In this document: positions 32,613 through 43,500 of the stretch, piece by piece
Layout: each line of letters opens with the position of its first letter
How positions within the stretch are numbered: position 1 is the first letter of the stretch
NCBI GenBank assembly: GCA_948470025.1
Contig: CAOKNG010000005.1
Coordinates: 1 to 51,685, forward strand
Reading direction: 5' to 3'
DNA length: 51,685 bases
Source of the DNA: an uncultured Clostridium sp.
GTDB lineage: Bacteria > Bacillota > Clostridia > TANB77 > CAG-508
Position numbers and translations under genes: made by a program
Notes under the pieces: model-generated
The model's database searches: none
Seen by the model: the letters and a program-made list of their open reading frames with translations, nothing else
Told to the model about the DNA's origin: nothing

Positions 32613-33521
32613 ATGAACCCAAAAGTAAATGTTTTAATGTCTACCTATAATGGAGAAAAGTACATAAAAGAACAATTAGATAGTATTTTAGCACAAACCT
32701 ATCCCAATATAGAAATTTATGTGAGAGATGATGGTTCAAAAGATAACACCATTTCAATTCTAAAAGAATATGAAACAAAAGGAAAAATACACTTCATACA
32801 AGGAGAAAATGTAGGATTTATTCATAGCTTTTTTAAATTATTAAAAGATTGTAATCAAGCATACTATTACGCATTTTCCGACCAAGATGATATATGGCTA
32901 GAAGATAAAATCCAAAGAGCAGTAAGAAGATTAGAGGAAAACAAAGAAGAAAATCTTCCTATTATGTATTATTCGAATTATGATTTCTACTATGAAGATA
33001 TGACGTTTAAATCTCATGCACCTAACAGAAAGAAACCATCGTTTCACAATTGCCTAGTAGAGTGCATAAATTCTGGAATGAATACAGTGATTAATGAAAA
33101 AGCAAGACAACTAACAATTAACGCAATTCCAGAAGTTTGTGCAAGTCATGATTGGTGGTTATATATGATTTGTGAGGGAATGGGAAAAGTGATATATGAG
33201 GATGTCGCGACTGTAAAACATCGTTCGCATGGAAATAATGTAAGTGAATGTGGAAAAAGTTTTTTAGCATTACAAATTTACCGAATAAAAAGTCTGTTTC
33301 AAGAAAACTATTTTAAAACCATTCATAAACAAATACAAGAATATGCAAAGTATTTTGCAGATGATTTATCTAAAGAAAACCAAACCATTTTAAAACTATT
33401 TAACATAGAAAAATTTCGTTACCGAAATCAAATAAAAAAACTATGTTATCACAAACGATTTAGACAAGTACTCTCAGATGAAATAATGATAAGATTTATG
33501 TTTTTAATAGGAGCGATATAA
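32613..33521 (+). CDS. GT2 glycosyltransferase (rhamnosyltransferase-like)
   Basis: LMSTYNGEKYIKEQLDSIL, RDDGSKD, FSDQDDIW and HDWW. Confidence 0.9.
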   Translation: MNPKVNVLMSTYNGEKYIKEQLDSILAQTYPNIEIYVRDDGSKDNTISILKEYETKGKIHFIQGENVGFIHSFFKLLKDCNQAYYYAFSDQDDIWLEDKIQRAVRRLEENKEENLPIMYYSNYDFYYEDMTFKSHAPNRKKPSFHNCLVECINSGMNTVINEKARQLTINAIPEVCASHDWWLYMICEGMGKVIYEDVATVKHRSHGNNVSECGKSFLALQIYRIKSLFQENYFKTIHKQIQEYAKYFADDLSKENQTILKLFNIEKFRYRNQIKKLCYHKRFRQVLSDEIMIRFMFLIGAI

Positions 33522-34664
33522 ATGAAAACAATTGCAATATTTCAAGGATACTTTTTCCCGCATGTAGGAGGAATTGAACGTTACACCCATAATCTAGCAA
33601 AAGAATTAAAAAAAAGGGGTTACCATACAATTTTAGTCACAACCCAATATGAACCCAATTTAAAAATACAAGAAAACCTAGATTACATAGAAATTTTTCG
33701 ACTACCTATTTATTCAGTTTTTTCCTCTAGGTATCCAATTATAAAGAAAAACCAGCAATACAGAAGAATTCTTCATAAACTAGAAGAAAAAAATATTGAT
33801 TCCATTATCTTAAATACAAGGTTTCAACTAACGTCACTAGTGGGAGCAAAATTTGCGAAAAAGCATAATATTCCATGTTGTATTCTAGAACATGGGACAA
33901 GCCACTTTACGGTATATAACCGCATACTAGATTTTTTTGGACACATCTATGAACACTTGCTAACCAATAAAATGAAAACACTCGTAAGAGATTTTTATGG
34001 GGTTTCGAAAGCCTGTTGTGATTGGCTGAAACATTATCATATCGAAGCAAAAGGAGTTTTCTATAATGCCATTGATGTGAAAGAAGATGAATTATATAAA
34101 GAACATGAAAGAAAGATAGACACTTCCGAAAAGGAGCAATCGAAGGACAGCATTACCATTTTATTTGCAGGACGATTGTTAAAAGACAAGGGAATACTAC
34201 TGTTATTAGAAGCATATGCCATTTTAAGAAAGAGGTATAATAATATTCAGCTAAAAATAGCAGGAGAGGGACCGCTAGAAGAAGAAATACGAAAACAAAA
34301 AGATGTTGTTTTATTAGGAAAATTAGAACATGAAGATATGATGAAATGCTACAAGAAAGCCGATATTTTTATTAATCCATCCTATAGTGAAGGAATGCCA
34401 ACTGCGATATTAGAAGCAGGACTTATGAAATGTGCTGTTGTTGCAACACCAGTAGGTGGAACAAAAGAAATTATACAAAATCATGAAAATGGATTGTTTT
34501 GTGATACCAATGTAGAGTCCATTGTAGAAACCTTAGAAAAGGTAATAACAAATGAAAAACTAAGAGAAAACTTAGCAAACCATCTTCATAAAACAATTAT
34601 AGAAAAATTCTCATGGGAAAAAACAGCAAGTGAAGTCCTAAAAAAAATCCAATACAAAGGATAA
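33522..34664 (+). CDS. GT4 glycosyltransferase
   Basis: PHVGGIE, FAGRL..DKG and EGMPTAILEA. Confidence 0.9.
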   Translation: MKTIAIFQGYFFPHVGGIERYTHNLAKELKKRGYHTILVTTQYEPNLKIQENLDYIEIFRLPIYSVFSSRYPIIKKNQQYRRILHKLEEKNIDSIILNTRFQLTSLVGAKFAKKHNIPCCILEHGTSHFTVYNRILDFFGHIYEHLLTNKMKTLVRDFYGVSKACCDWLKHYHIEAKGVFYNAIDVKEDELYKEHERKIDTSEKEQSKDSITILFAGRLLKDKGILLLLEAYAILRKRYNNIQLKIAGEGPLEEEIRKQKDVVLLGKLEHEDMMKCYKKADIFINPSYSEGMPTAILEAGLMKCAVVATPVGGTKEIIQNHENGLFCDTNVESIVETLEKVITNEKLRENLANHLHKTIIEKFSWEKTASEVLKKIQYKG

Positions 34665-34704
34665 ATAGATTATATCTAATATGGCTACAAAGGCATACAG
34701 AAAA

Positions 34705-34733
34705 GCCCCTTTAACAAGGCGACTGGGGGTTCT
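34705..34733 (+). repeat. Intergenic double-hairpin repeat, copy 6 (internally deleted)
   Basis: GCCCCTTTAACAAGGCGACTGGGGGTTCT; the middle is lost between two AGG microhomologies. Confidence 0.8.
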
Positions 34734-34772
34734 TAAAAAAGAAATAATTTGTAACAAAAAGGAAAGAAAAAT

Positions 34773-36626
34773 ATGTCAATAATGTATATTGTATCGGTCA
34801 TAATATTGTTTATGATGACGATATTAGTAAAAAAGAGTGAAAAAGAAATTGATGTAATAAAAACGATTTTGGTTAGCATGATGTTATATTTGTGCTACAA
34901 TACGTTCGTTTGCTATGTCTTTACTTATACCAATATTCCAATTCATTTAGGAAGTTTAAGTATTGTAAATATATTAGTTAGTGCATTCATGGCATGGCAA
35001 ATTAAGAAAAAAGGTATTCAAAAGTATCAATTTGATAAGAAAGATATTTTAGTAATTGTAGGGATTTTGCTACTTGTATTTGTACTATCAGCAATCGATT
35101 TTGGCATTCCTTTCAATATTAAATACCTAACCACAGATGCGTCTGTTCATTATGGAGTAACCTATCGTTTTTATCAAAGTGATACCTTATTACTAAAGGC
35201 AAAGGAAGATAAAACAGAAATGATGCCAGGTGCTTATAGCAATGTAGGAATATGGTTTAAAGTATTAGAACCATTTGTAGGAGAAATGAATTTCTATAAA
35301 ATATTTATTGCATTTGACATGTTTATGTTAGCGATGTCTGGTATATTGTTATATATTACCATAAAGCAATATGCAAAACATCATATTACCTATGCAATAG
35401 CAATCATTGTAGCTATTTTATACATGTTAGGATATCCTTTTAATAATATGCTATTTGGTTATTTTTATTTACCATTAGGGGTACTAATCATTAGTACCAT
35501 ACTTCTTGTGATGGAAAGTTTTGAACAAGAGGAAATGAAAAAAATTCCACAAATAACCGCACTATTTTTACTATGCTTAGAATTATTCTTAACCTATTAT
35601 TTATTTGTACCAGCAATCTATGGAGCCATTTTTTTATTTTACATACTGCATTTTTATTGCGAAAGCAACAAGGTTCCGGGGAACCTCACCCACAGGCTTT
35701 GCCTGTGCGGTGGGTCGGGTTCTTACAAAAAACATGGTAAAATAATGAATAAAGAAATGATAATATACACCATGGTAACATTAATCCTTCCAAGTATTTG
35801 TGGGTTCTTTTATACGATTTTGCCAAGTTTTCAAAACGCAAATTCAATAAAAGCAACCAGTCAAATTGCATTAGAAGGGTATATTTACCGTAATCTATTT
35901 TCGAATTTGTTATTATTTATCCCATTTTTTGTGTATTACTTCAAAAAACAAGCCAAAATAAATTTTCATATGCTATTAACTTGGTGTTTGGTTATTTATA
36001 TGTGTATTCTATATTTAGGAACTCGCAAAGGGCTTGTGTCGACGTACTATTTTTATAAAACCTATTTTGTGATGTGGCTAGTCATGCTGTACGGGTTTTA
36101 CCGAGGAATGGTGCATACAGTAGAAAATACCAAATATGGAAAATGGATAACAGGCTTGTATATTACATTATACATTCTTATTATGGTATTCATGTTAAGC
36201 CACACGACAGTGAATATAAACAAAAGTACCGATACCCATGAAAAAATAACAGATGTGATGGATATTTATGGGCTTAACAAAACCATATTGTTAAAAATAG
36301 GAGTAGATTATACACCACAAGAATTAAAAATTTTAAATAATGTAAAACAAAACCAGTTACCATTACAAGATAATAACACATTAATTATCGGAAACCAAAG
36401 GCAAGAATATTGGTTTTATGCGATGTTAAAATATCGTTTCAAAGAAAATCTAGATTATGCAACTACCACGACTCATATTGAAAACTGGAACAATGGCACA
36501 TATGAATACCTAATCTATTTCAAGCGTAGCGATTATTATAATCAGTATAAAGATATGCTTCATTTAGAAAATACGCAAGTCATTTTTGAAAATGAAACAG
36601 GAGCCATTATCAAACATAAACAATAA
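34773..36626 (+). CDS. Multi-pass membrane protein, paralog of 30694-32479, with a 23-aa insertion
   Basis: Shares MMPGAYSN, EGYIYRN, STY.FYK and DTHEKITDVMDIYG with the paralog. Confidence 0.85.
   Translation: MSIMYIVSVIILFMMTILVKKSEKEIDVIKTILVSMMLYLCYNTFVCYVFTYTNIPIHLGSLSIVNILVSAFMAWQIKKKGIQKYQFDKKDILVIVGILLLVFVLSAIDFGIPFNIKYLTTDASVHYGVTYRFYQSDTLLLKAKEDKTEMMPGAYSNVGIWFKVLEPFVGEMNFYKIFIAFDMFMLAMSGILLYITIKQYAKHHITYAIAIIVAILYMLGYPFNNMLFGYFYLPLGVLIISTILLVMESFEQEEMKKIPQITALFLLCLELFLTYYLFVPAIYGAIFLFYILHFYCESNKVPGNLTHRLCLCGGSGSYKKHGKIMNKEMIIYTMVTLILPSICGFFYTILPSFQNANSIKATSQIALEGYIYRNLFSNLLLFIPFFVYYFKKQAKINFHMLLTWCLVIYMCILYLGTRKGLVSTYYFYKTYFVMWLVMLYGFYRGMVHTVENTKYGKWITGLYITLYILIMVFMLSHTTVNINKSTDTHEKITDVMDIYGLNKTILLKIGVDYTPQELKILNNVKQNQLPLQDNNTLIIGNQRQEYWFYAMLKYRFKENLDYATTTTHIENWNNGTYEYLIYFKRSDYYNQYKDMLHLENTQVIFENETGAIIKHKQ
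35657..35725. mobile_element. 69-bp GC-rich palindromic insertion, in frame within a CDS
   Basis: Absent from the paralog; hairpin core CACC-CACAGGC-TTT-GCCTGTG-C-GGTG; flanked by a TA duplication. Confidence 0.7.
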
Positions 36627-36696
36627 AAAAGTGAAAAACAGGTAAGAGATAAGCCAAAGTAAAGTTTATACAATGAAATGAAGGGAAGAATAAAAG

Positions 36697-37236
36697 ATGA
36701 AGTTACTTATGCATACTTGCTGTGCACCATGTAGTGTTTACTGCATTGACGCACTACGTGAAGAAAACATAGAACCAACTCTATATTGGTACAACCCAAA
36801 CATACACCCATATACCGAATACAAAGCAAGAAGAGACTGCCTAAAGGAATATTCCACGCAAATTGGAATAGAAGCCATTTTCGAAGAAGATTATGGTTTA
36901 CAAGAATTTTGCAAAAACGTTATAGGAGACCTAAACAATCGTTGCCAAAACTATTGCTATTTGGTTCGTTTAAAACAAACCGCAAAATATGCAAAAGAAC
37001 ATGGGTATGATACGTTTACCACAACACTTTTGGTAAGCCCCTACCAAAACCATGAAGCAATTCGAAAAATAGGAGAAACACTAGCAAAACAATATGGATT
37101 AACCTTCCTATACCGCGATTTTCGAATAGGCTTCAAAGAAGGTCAAAAAAAGGCACGAGAAATCGGGCTATATATGCAAAAATACTGTGGCTGTATCTTT
37201 TCGGAGGAGGAAAGGTATTTACGACACAAAAACTAG
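36697..37236 (+). CDS. queH: Epoxyqueuosine reductase QueH (DUF208)
   Basis: LLMHTCCAPCS, YNPNIHP..EY, C..CY..RL, TTTLLVSPYQ and YMQKYCGCIFS. Confidence 0.93.
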   Translation: MKLLMHTCCAPCSVYCIDALREENIEPTLYWYNPNIHPYTEYKARRDCLKEYSTQIGIEAIFEEDYGLQEFCKNVIGDLNNRCQNYCYLVRLKQTAKYAKEHGYDTFTTTLLVSPYQNHEAIRKIGETLAKQYGLTFLYRDFRIGFKEGQKKAREIGLYMQKYCGCIFSEEERYLRHKN

Positions 37237-37411
37237 AAACCTTACAGCCACAAAGGTTTTAAAAAATGAATATTTGGGAGGAGTACACTATTTATTGACA
37301 CACACATAAAAATGCTTAAAAGTATTGATATATAAGGAATATAATAAAATTTATTTAAAGAAAGCTAATTGTGGCTTTCTTTTTTTGAACTAAAAAAGGA
37401 GGAATGATATT

Positions 37412-37711
37412 ATGCAAAAAGATGAGGCAATAAACTATTTAGAAAATTTAAAAATAGGAAATTTTTTAACAGTAAATATTCCTATTTTTAGTAATTGTAA
37501 TATACCTGTTACTGCAATGTATGTTGGCAAAGATAAAGAGGGGAGATATGAATTTTTAGATACAGGAGAGTTTATTCTTTCAAAGGATTTTTTAGAAAAA
37601 GGAAAAGTATCAATAGATAAAGAATATGACGATAATAATGCAACAAAAATCAATTCAAGAATAAGAAAAGAATATGAAAAAAAGCACAATAAAAATAGAG
37701 ATGTACGATAA
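37412..37711 (+). CDS. Hypothetical protein
   Basis: AGGAGG RBS and a 99-aa ORF. Confidence 0.65.
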   Translation: MQKDEAINYLENLKIGNFLTVNIPIFSNCNIPVTAMYVGKDKEGRYEFLDTGEFILSKDFLEKGKVSIDKEYDDNNATKINSRIRKEYEKKHNKNRDVR

Positions 37712-37910
37712 TATTACTTTATACATTTGTATTAATTGATAATAAATTATAAAGTATATTTTGATAAATGAAAAACAAAAGAAGATATAAGATAACGACA
37801 TATAGAAGCGAGTTGATATTTTAAATTAATTCGCTTTTTCCATTTCATTTGAAATGTTACATAGCCTTTTATAAACAAAGGCTAAATTTAAAAGGAAGGA
37901 GGAAAAACAG

Positions 37911-38738
37911 ATGACAAAATGTAAGACAATAGCAATAGCTAACCAAAAAGGTGGAGTAGGCAAAACAACAACAGCTTTTAGCTTAGGCATAGCATTGGCA
38001 AATAATAATAAAAAAGTATTAGTAGTAGATGCAGACCCTCAAGCAAATTTAACAACATATATGGGGTTTTATGATGAAGATAATATACCAGTAAATCTTT
38101 CTACTTTAATTGAGAGATTTATAGATGATGAAGAAATAAAACCAGAACAAGCAATTTTACACCACAAAGAGGGAATAGACTTAATACCATCTAATCTTAA
38201 TTTAGCAATGACAGAAACTAATTTATCAAATGCAATGAGTAGAGAATATGCAATGCAAAAGAGTTTAGAAGAATTAAAAAGCATATATGACTATATTATA
38301 GTTGATTGTATGCCATCATTAAGTATGTTAATAACAAATGCACTAGCAATGGCAGACGAAGTAATTATACCAGTACAAAGTCAATATCTATTAGCTAGAG
38401 GTATGGGAAATTTATTAAAGATAATTTCAAAAGTAAAAAGACAAATAAATCCCAAACTGCAAGTTGGTGGAATACTTTTAACTCTTGTAGATAACAGAAC
38501 GAAATTACCTAACAAAATAAGAGAAGAACTAAAAGAAGATTATGGAGATATAGTAAAGCTATATGATACACAAATACCTTGTGCTATAAAAACTGCTGAA
38601 TCCACGTCAAAAGGGAAAAGCATATTTGCTTATGACAAAAACAGTAAAGTTGCTTTAGCTTATACAAATTTTGCAAAGGAGGTATTAGCAGATAATGAAA
38701 GAAGAAAAAATGAAATTACCAAAGATTACACTAGATGA
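37911..38738 (+). CDS. parA: ParA/Soj family ATPase (element-borne)
   Basis: NQKGGVGKTTT, DADPQAN and DYIIVDCMPS. Confidence 0.92.
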   Translation: MTKCKTIAIANQKGGVGKTTTAFSLGIALANNNKKVLVVDADPQANLTTYMGFYDEDNIPVNLSTLIERFIDDEEIKPEQAILHHKEGIDLIPSNLNLAMTETNLSNAMSREYAMQKSLEELKSIYDYIIVDCMPSLSMLITNALAMADEVIIPVQSQYLLARGMGNLLKIISKVKRQINPKLQVGGILLTLVDNRTKLPNKIREELKEDYGDIVKLYDTQIPCAIKTAESTSKGKSIFAYDKNSKVALAYTNFAKEVLADNERRKNEITKDYTR

Positions 38739-39645
38739 TTTTTTTACAACACAAGAAGAAAGAGATAATAAAAACAGAGAATATGTAAAAATAATTCCAG
38801 TAAATGAAATCACAAACTTTCCAAATCACCCATATAAAGTAAGAGATGATGAAGAAATGTTTTCGATGGCAGAAACAGTAAAACAATTTGGAGTTATACA
38901 CCCAATAATAGTAAGACCAAAAGAAAATGGTGGTTACGAAATGATTTCTGGACACAGAAGAAAAAGAGCGTGTGAAATTGCAGGAGTAACAGAAATAAAA
39001 GCTATTGTAAGAGAAATGACAGACGAAGAGGCAACAATAGCAATGGTAAATAGTAATAACCAAAGAGAGAAGATACTACCAAGCGAAAAGGCATTTGCAT
39101 ATAAAATGAAATTAGAGGCAATGAAGAAACAAGGGAAAAGAAATGATTTAACTTCTTCGCCAACGGCGACAAAGTTAAAAGTAACTGCTGAAATTATTGG
39201 CGAGGAATTTGGAGATGGTAAAGATAATGTATATAGATTTATTCGACTTACTGAACTAATACCAGAACTGTTAAAATTAGTTGATGAAGAAAAAATGAAA
39301 CTAAGACCAGCAGTAGAACTTTCATATCTAACAAAAGAGGAACAACAAGAGGTATTTGATGCAATAGAATATACAGACGCATTTCCATCACATCCACAAG
39401 CTATTAAAATGAAGAAACTAAGTGAAAGTGGAAAATTAACTATTGAAGAAATTGACGATATATTGGAACAAGAAAAACCAAATCAAATACCAAAATTTAA
39501 AATTCCAGAAGATAAAGTAGACCAATATATACCAAAGGAATATAAATCAATGGAAGAAAAAGAAGATTATATTGTGCATTGTGTAAAAGAAACATCAGAG
39601 AGGGAAAGAAAGCAGAAACAAAAACAAAATGAATATATAAGGTAA
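38710..39645 (+). CDS. parB: ParB/RepB/Spo0J family protein (element-borne)
   Basis: FPNHPYKV, YEMISGHRRKRA, NNQRE.ILPSEKAFAYKM and QGKRND. The ORF track starts at 38695. Confidence 0.9.
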   Translation: MKLPKITLDDFFTTQEERDNKNREYVKIIPVNEITNFPNHPYKVRDDEEMFSMAETVKQFGVIHPIIVRPKENGGYEMISGHRRKRACEIAGVTEIKAIVREMTDEEATIAMVNSNNQREKILPSEKAFAYKMKLEAMKKQGKRNDLTSSPTATKLKVTAEIIGEEFGDGKDNVYRFIRLTELIPELLKLVDEEKMKLRPAVELSYLTKEEQQEVFDAIEYTDAFPSHPQAIKMKKLSESGKLTIEEIDDILEQEKPNQIPKFKIPEDKVDQYIPKEYKSMEEKEDYIVHCVKETSERERKQKQKQNEYIR

Positions 39646-39820
39646 TGTAGCAACAGATAAATAAGTTTGTAGCTACGTTTTTTTTATTTCCCCCTCCTTA
39701 CAATCCACCCCCTAATACTAGCTATATACTAACTGAAAAGGAATATATATAATTAAATAAATCGCATATTTGAAAAAGTTTTAAAAATATTGTAGAATAC
39801 AGTAAAATGAAATAGGGAGA

Positions 39821-40324
39821 ATGATGTATATGAAGAAAATTTTAGTTATATTAATTTTAATTATTGCAATTTTAATAATTGCAGGTTTTGGTGTTTATGA
39901 AATGGTAAAATATAAACAACAAAACGTAGAAAGCATACCAGAGGTAAATCAACAACACAATGAAATTAACGAAAATAACTTAACTCAACAAGAAAACATT
40001 GATGAAAATAAACAGATAGAAGAAAACGTAGCAGAAAACACAGAAGAAAATGTAACACAAAATCAAGTTATAGAAGAAAGGGAAAATACACCAACAGTTC
40101 AAGAAGAAAACAAAAATACATCAACTAAAAAGGAAAATAGTAAAACAACAACTACTACAAAAAATACAAATAGTAGTACCAACACTGAAAATAAAGATAC
40201 ACAGACAACTACTGGAAGCCAAAGCATAAAAGTAGAAGTAAACCCAGATTCTCACATAAATCTTGATGGTGGTTATGCAGAAGGTTCATACACAATTCAA
40301 CTTCCAGAAAGTTGGAATTATTAA
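39821..40324 (+). CDS. Hypothetical membrane-anchored protein with an E/N/T-rich stalk
   Basis: N-terminal TM and low-complexity linker; RBS GGGAG. Confidence 0.65.
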   Translation: MMYMKKILVILILIIAILIIAGFGVYEMVKYKQQNVESIPEVNQQHNEINENNLTQQENIDENKQIEENVAENTEENVTQNQVIEERENTPTVQEENKNTSTKKENSKTTTTTKNTNSSTNTENKDTQTTTGSQSIKVEVNPDSHINLDGGYAEGSYTIQLPESWNY

Positions 40325-40348
40325 ATAATAAAAATAAATTTATTTTAA

Positions 40349-40380
40349 CAAGAGGTTGAAAAAATCAACTTCTTTTTTTT
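40349..40380 (+). terminator. Intrinsic terminator
   Basis: AAGAGGTTGA-AAAAA-TCAACTTCTT followed by a T run. Confidence 0.65.
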
Positions 40381-40528
40381 ATATTCTTAGGAAAGTAATC
40401 GCGAAGCGTTTAGTTTCCTTAGAAGATAGTTATGCGAAACTTACATTTTATTAGCAACATAAGGAGCTTAGAAAATGTTAGTTCCGTTTTTTATGAAAAA
40501 TATTAAGAAATGAAGGGAGAAAATATTG

Positions 40529-43500
40529 ATGAAAACAACAAAAAACAAACGTATGATAATCGTAAATATATTAATTATTTTAATAACAATTTTTAATTTA
40601 GTTCAGCCAGTTATGGCTGTAATGACAAATGAAATGCCTCAAAGTGCAGTGGTTACCTACAATGGAAAAATAAGTTATAGTGGAACAACAGTAGGAGATT
40701 TTGCAGTTAATGGAAGACAAGCATTCTGTATGGAACATAGTAAATCAACACCAGGATCAGGAACAGGACTAACAACAAATATATATTATAATGATAATGT
40801 TAAGAAAGCATTATACTATGGTTGGGGAGGACCAGAGCAATGGGGTGGATTTACGAGTAGAAATCAAGGACTTGTAATTACCTCATTAACATTATCACAG
40901 TTTTATGCAGGAGATAACGTTCGCCCATTGACACAAGATTTTATAAACTTTTTAAATACAAAATCTGTTCCAAGTTTTAAGGTAAGATTTTCTACATCAA
41001 ATGTTAGTGCATATAAAGAGGGAGATATACAAAGAACAGAAACAATAGAATTAAGTAGTGGAATGACAAGTGGTAGCGTAAATATTGATTTACAAGACGC
41101 AGTAACTTATGTTGATGAAACACATAATACAAGACAAACAGGTGGAAACGTAACAATCTATGGACAAACAAGATTCCATTTTGAAGCACCAATAAATGTT
41201 AATTTAGGAACGTGGACAACAGGGGAAAAATCACAAGGATTTGAATATCAACCAATAGTAGGTGTAACAAATAGTGCATCAATGCAAAATATAGGTTATT
41301 TAGATATGGTATATGACCCATCTCAAACTACATCATTAACAGTAGAATGGGCTAAAGCAGGAAATTTCAAATTAAAGAAAGCAGACAATAAAGGAAAAGC
41401 AGTAGTTGGCGTAACATTTAAGTTAGCATATAACTCAGATATGACAGAAGAAATTGGAATATACCAAACAGGTGCAGATGGTAGCTTTATGGTAGAAGAT
41501 TTAAGAGCAGGAGATATATATTATCAAGAAATAGCAACATTAGATGAATTAGTATTAGATAATAGTATTAATCACGCAGTTATAAATGCAGGAAATACAA
41601 CAGAAATAAATTTCGTAAATAATGTAAAACAAGGTAGTTTTCAAATTATAAAAAAAGATAATAAAACAGGAAAGATAGTAAGAAAAGCAGGAGCAGAATT
41701 TGAAATTTTACAAGACTCAAATGTTGTTTCAACAATTACTACTAATAATCAAGGAATTGCATCATCAGATATGTTAGATTATGGAGTATATACTGTAAGA
41801 GAAAAGAAAGCACCATATAAATATATAATATCAAATGAAACTAAACAAGTAGATATATGTGAAGATAACGGAAAATATGAAATTGAAATATATAATGAGG
41901 CAACAGTAGGAAAAATTAATTTAAGTAAAGGCGACACAATAACAGGAAAAACACCACAAGGAGAGGCAACACTAGAAGAAGCAGTGTATGGACTATATGC
42001 TAGAAATAATATTTTAGACCCTGCAGATGATAGTGTAATTTACAATGCAAATCAAAAGATAGCAAATTTAATTACAGATAGTAACGGAAATGCTACAATA
42101 GGCAATTTATATTTAGGAGAATACTATATAAAAGAATTAACGCCAAGTGTAGGCTATAATTTAGATACAACAACATATAATATTGATTTAACCTATGAAA
42201 ATCAATATACAAGTGTAGTTACAAGAAATGAACCATGGGAACAAAACAAAGATAAAAAATCAACTCAATTAGTATTTTGCGATTTATCAACTCCAAAGCC
42301 ATTAGGAACTATGGAAAATCCATATGAAATGGAAGAAATAAATGGAGAGTGGCACTTAAAAGAATGGCAATTTACAGACGTATATACAGATTTAAAAAGA
42401 AAGCTAATAGAAAGAGGAATACCTGCAGATGAAATTGCATTTATTCACGATGCAAATACAGAAACAAAGAAAAAGGAATTGTTTGCAAAAGTACGAAAGA
42501 GAGATGTAAGAGTTTTAATAGGTTCTACCTCTAAAATGGGGGCAGGTACAAATGTACAAAACAAAATAAAAGCAATTCATCATTTGGACGTTCCATATCG
42601 TCCGTCAGATTTACAACAACAAGACGGTAGACGGAATAAGACAAAGAAATGAGAATGACGAAGTAGACATTTTTAACTATGTAACAGAGGGAACATTTGA
42701 TGCCTATATGTACCAAATGTTACAAAGAAAACAAGAATTTATTAGTCAAATAATGACATCAAAAGCAATAGCACGTTCAGCAGATGACATTGATGAAAAA
42801 GCACTTTTGTATGCAGAAATAAAAGCCTTAGCTGCAGGAAATCCTTTAATTATTAAAAAGACAGAATTAGACGCAGAAGTTGCAAAACTAAAATTGTTAA
42901 AGCAAAGTTATTTGAATCAAAAATATAACTTAGAAGATATGATAGTAAAACATTATCCAATAGAAATAAAAAGACTAGAAGATAAAATTTCAAATATACA
43001 AGAAGATATAAAACTTGTTCAAGAAAATACTAATATAGAAAACGAAGAAAAATTTTCTCCTATGATATTAAATGGAAAACAGTATAATACAAAAGAAAGT
43101 GCAGGAAAACAAATATTAGATATGTGTTCAGCAAAACAAGAAACAGAATCAGAAGAAATAGGGGAATATAGAGGATTAAAGATGTTCTTAGGTATAGATA
43201 GTTTTGACAAGAAATTTTTGATTAATTTACAAGGCAAATATTCATATAAAGTTGATTTAGGAAATGATATACACGGAAATATTACAAGAATTGATAATGT
43301 TATTGCAGGTTTTAGTAAAGAACTAGAAATAACTAAGGAAAAACTAGAAGAAACAAAAATACAATTTGAAAATGCACAAGAGGCAGTAAAAGTTCCATTC
43401 GATAAAGAAGATGAATTAAAACAAAAGACTAAAGAACTTGATGAGATAAATATAGAACTTAATTTAGATAAAAAAGATAATGAAATTTTAGATGATGAAG

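Noticed and set aside
21221-34733. Dispersed repeats as a CRISPR array or as intrinsic terminators
   Set aside because: They are separated by whole genes, there are no spacers or cas genes, and the plus strand has no U tract after the hairpins.
36697-37236. queH as the cause of the CGG recoding
   Set aside because: Queuosine modifies GUN-anticodon tRNAs (Tyr, His, Asn, Asp), not Arg or Gly tRNAs; no tRNA or decoding factor that would explain the shift is visible in this window.
37237-37345. Attachment site of the island
   Set aside because: There are short palindromes (AAACCTT...AAGGTTT), but I found no matching direct repeat at the right end and no recombinase gene.
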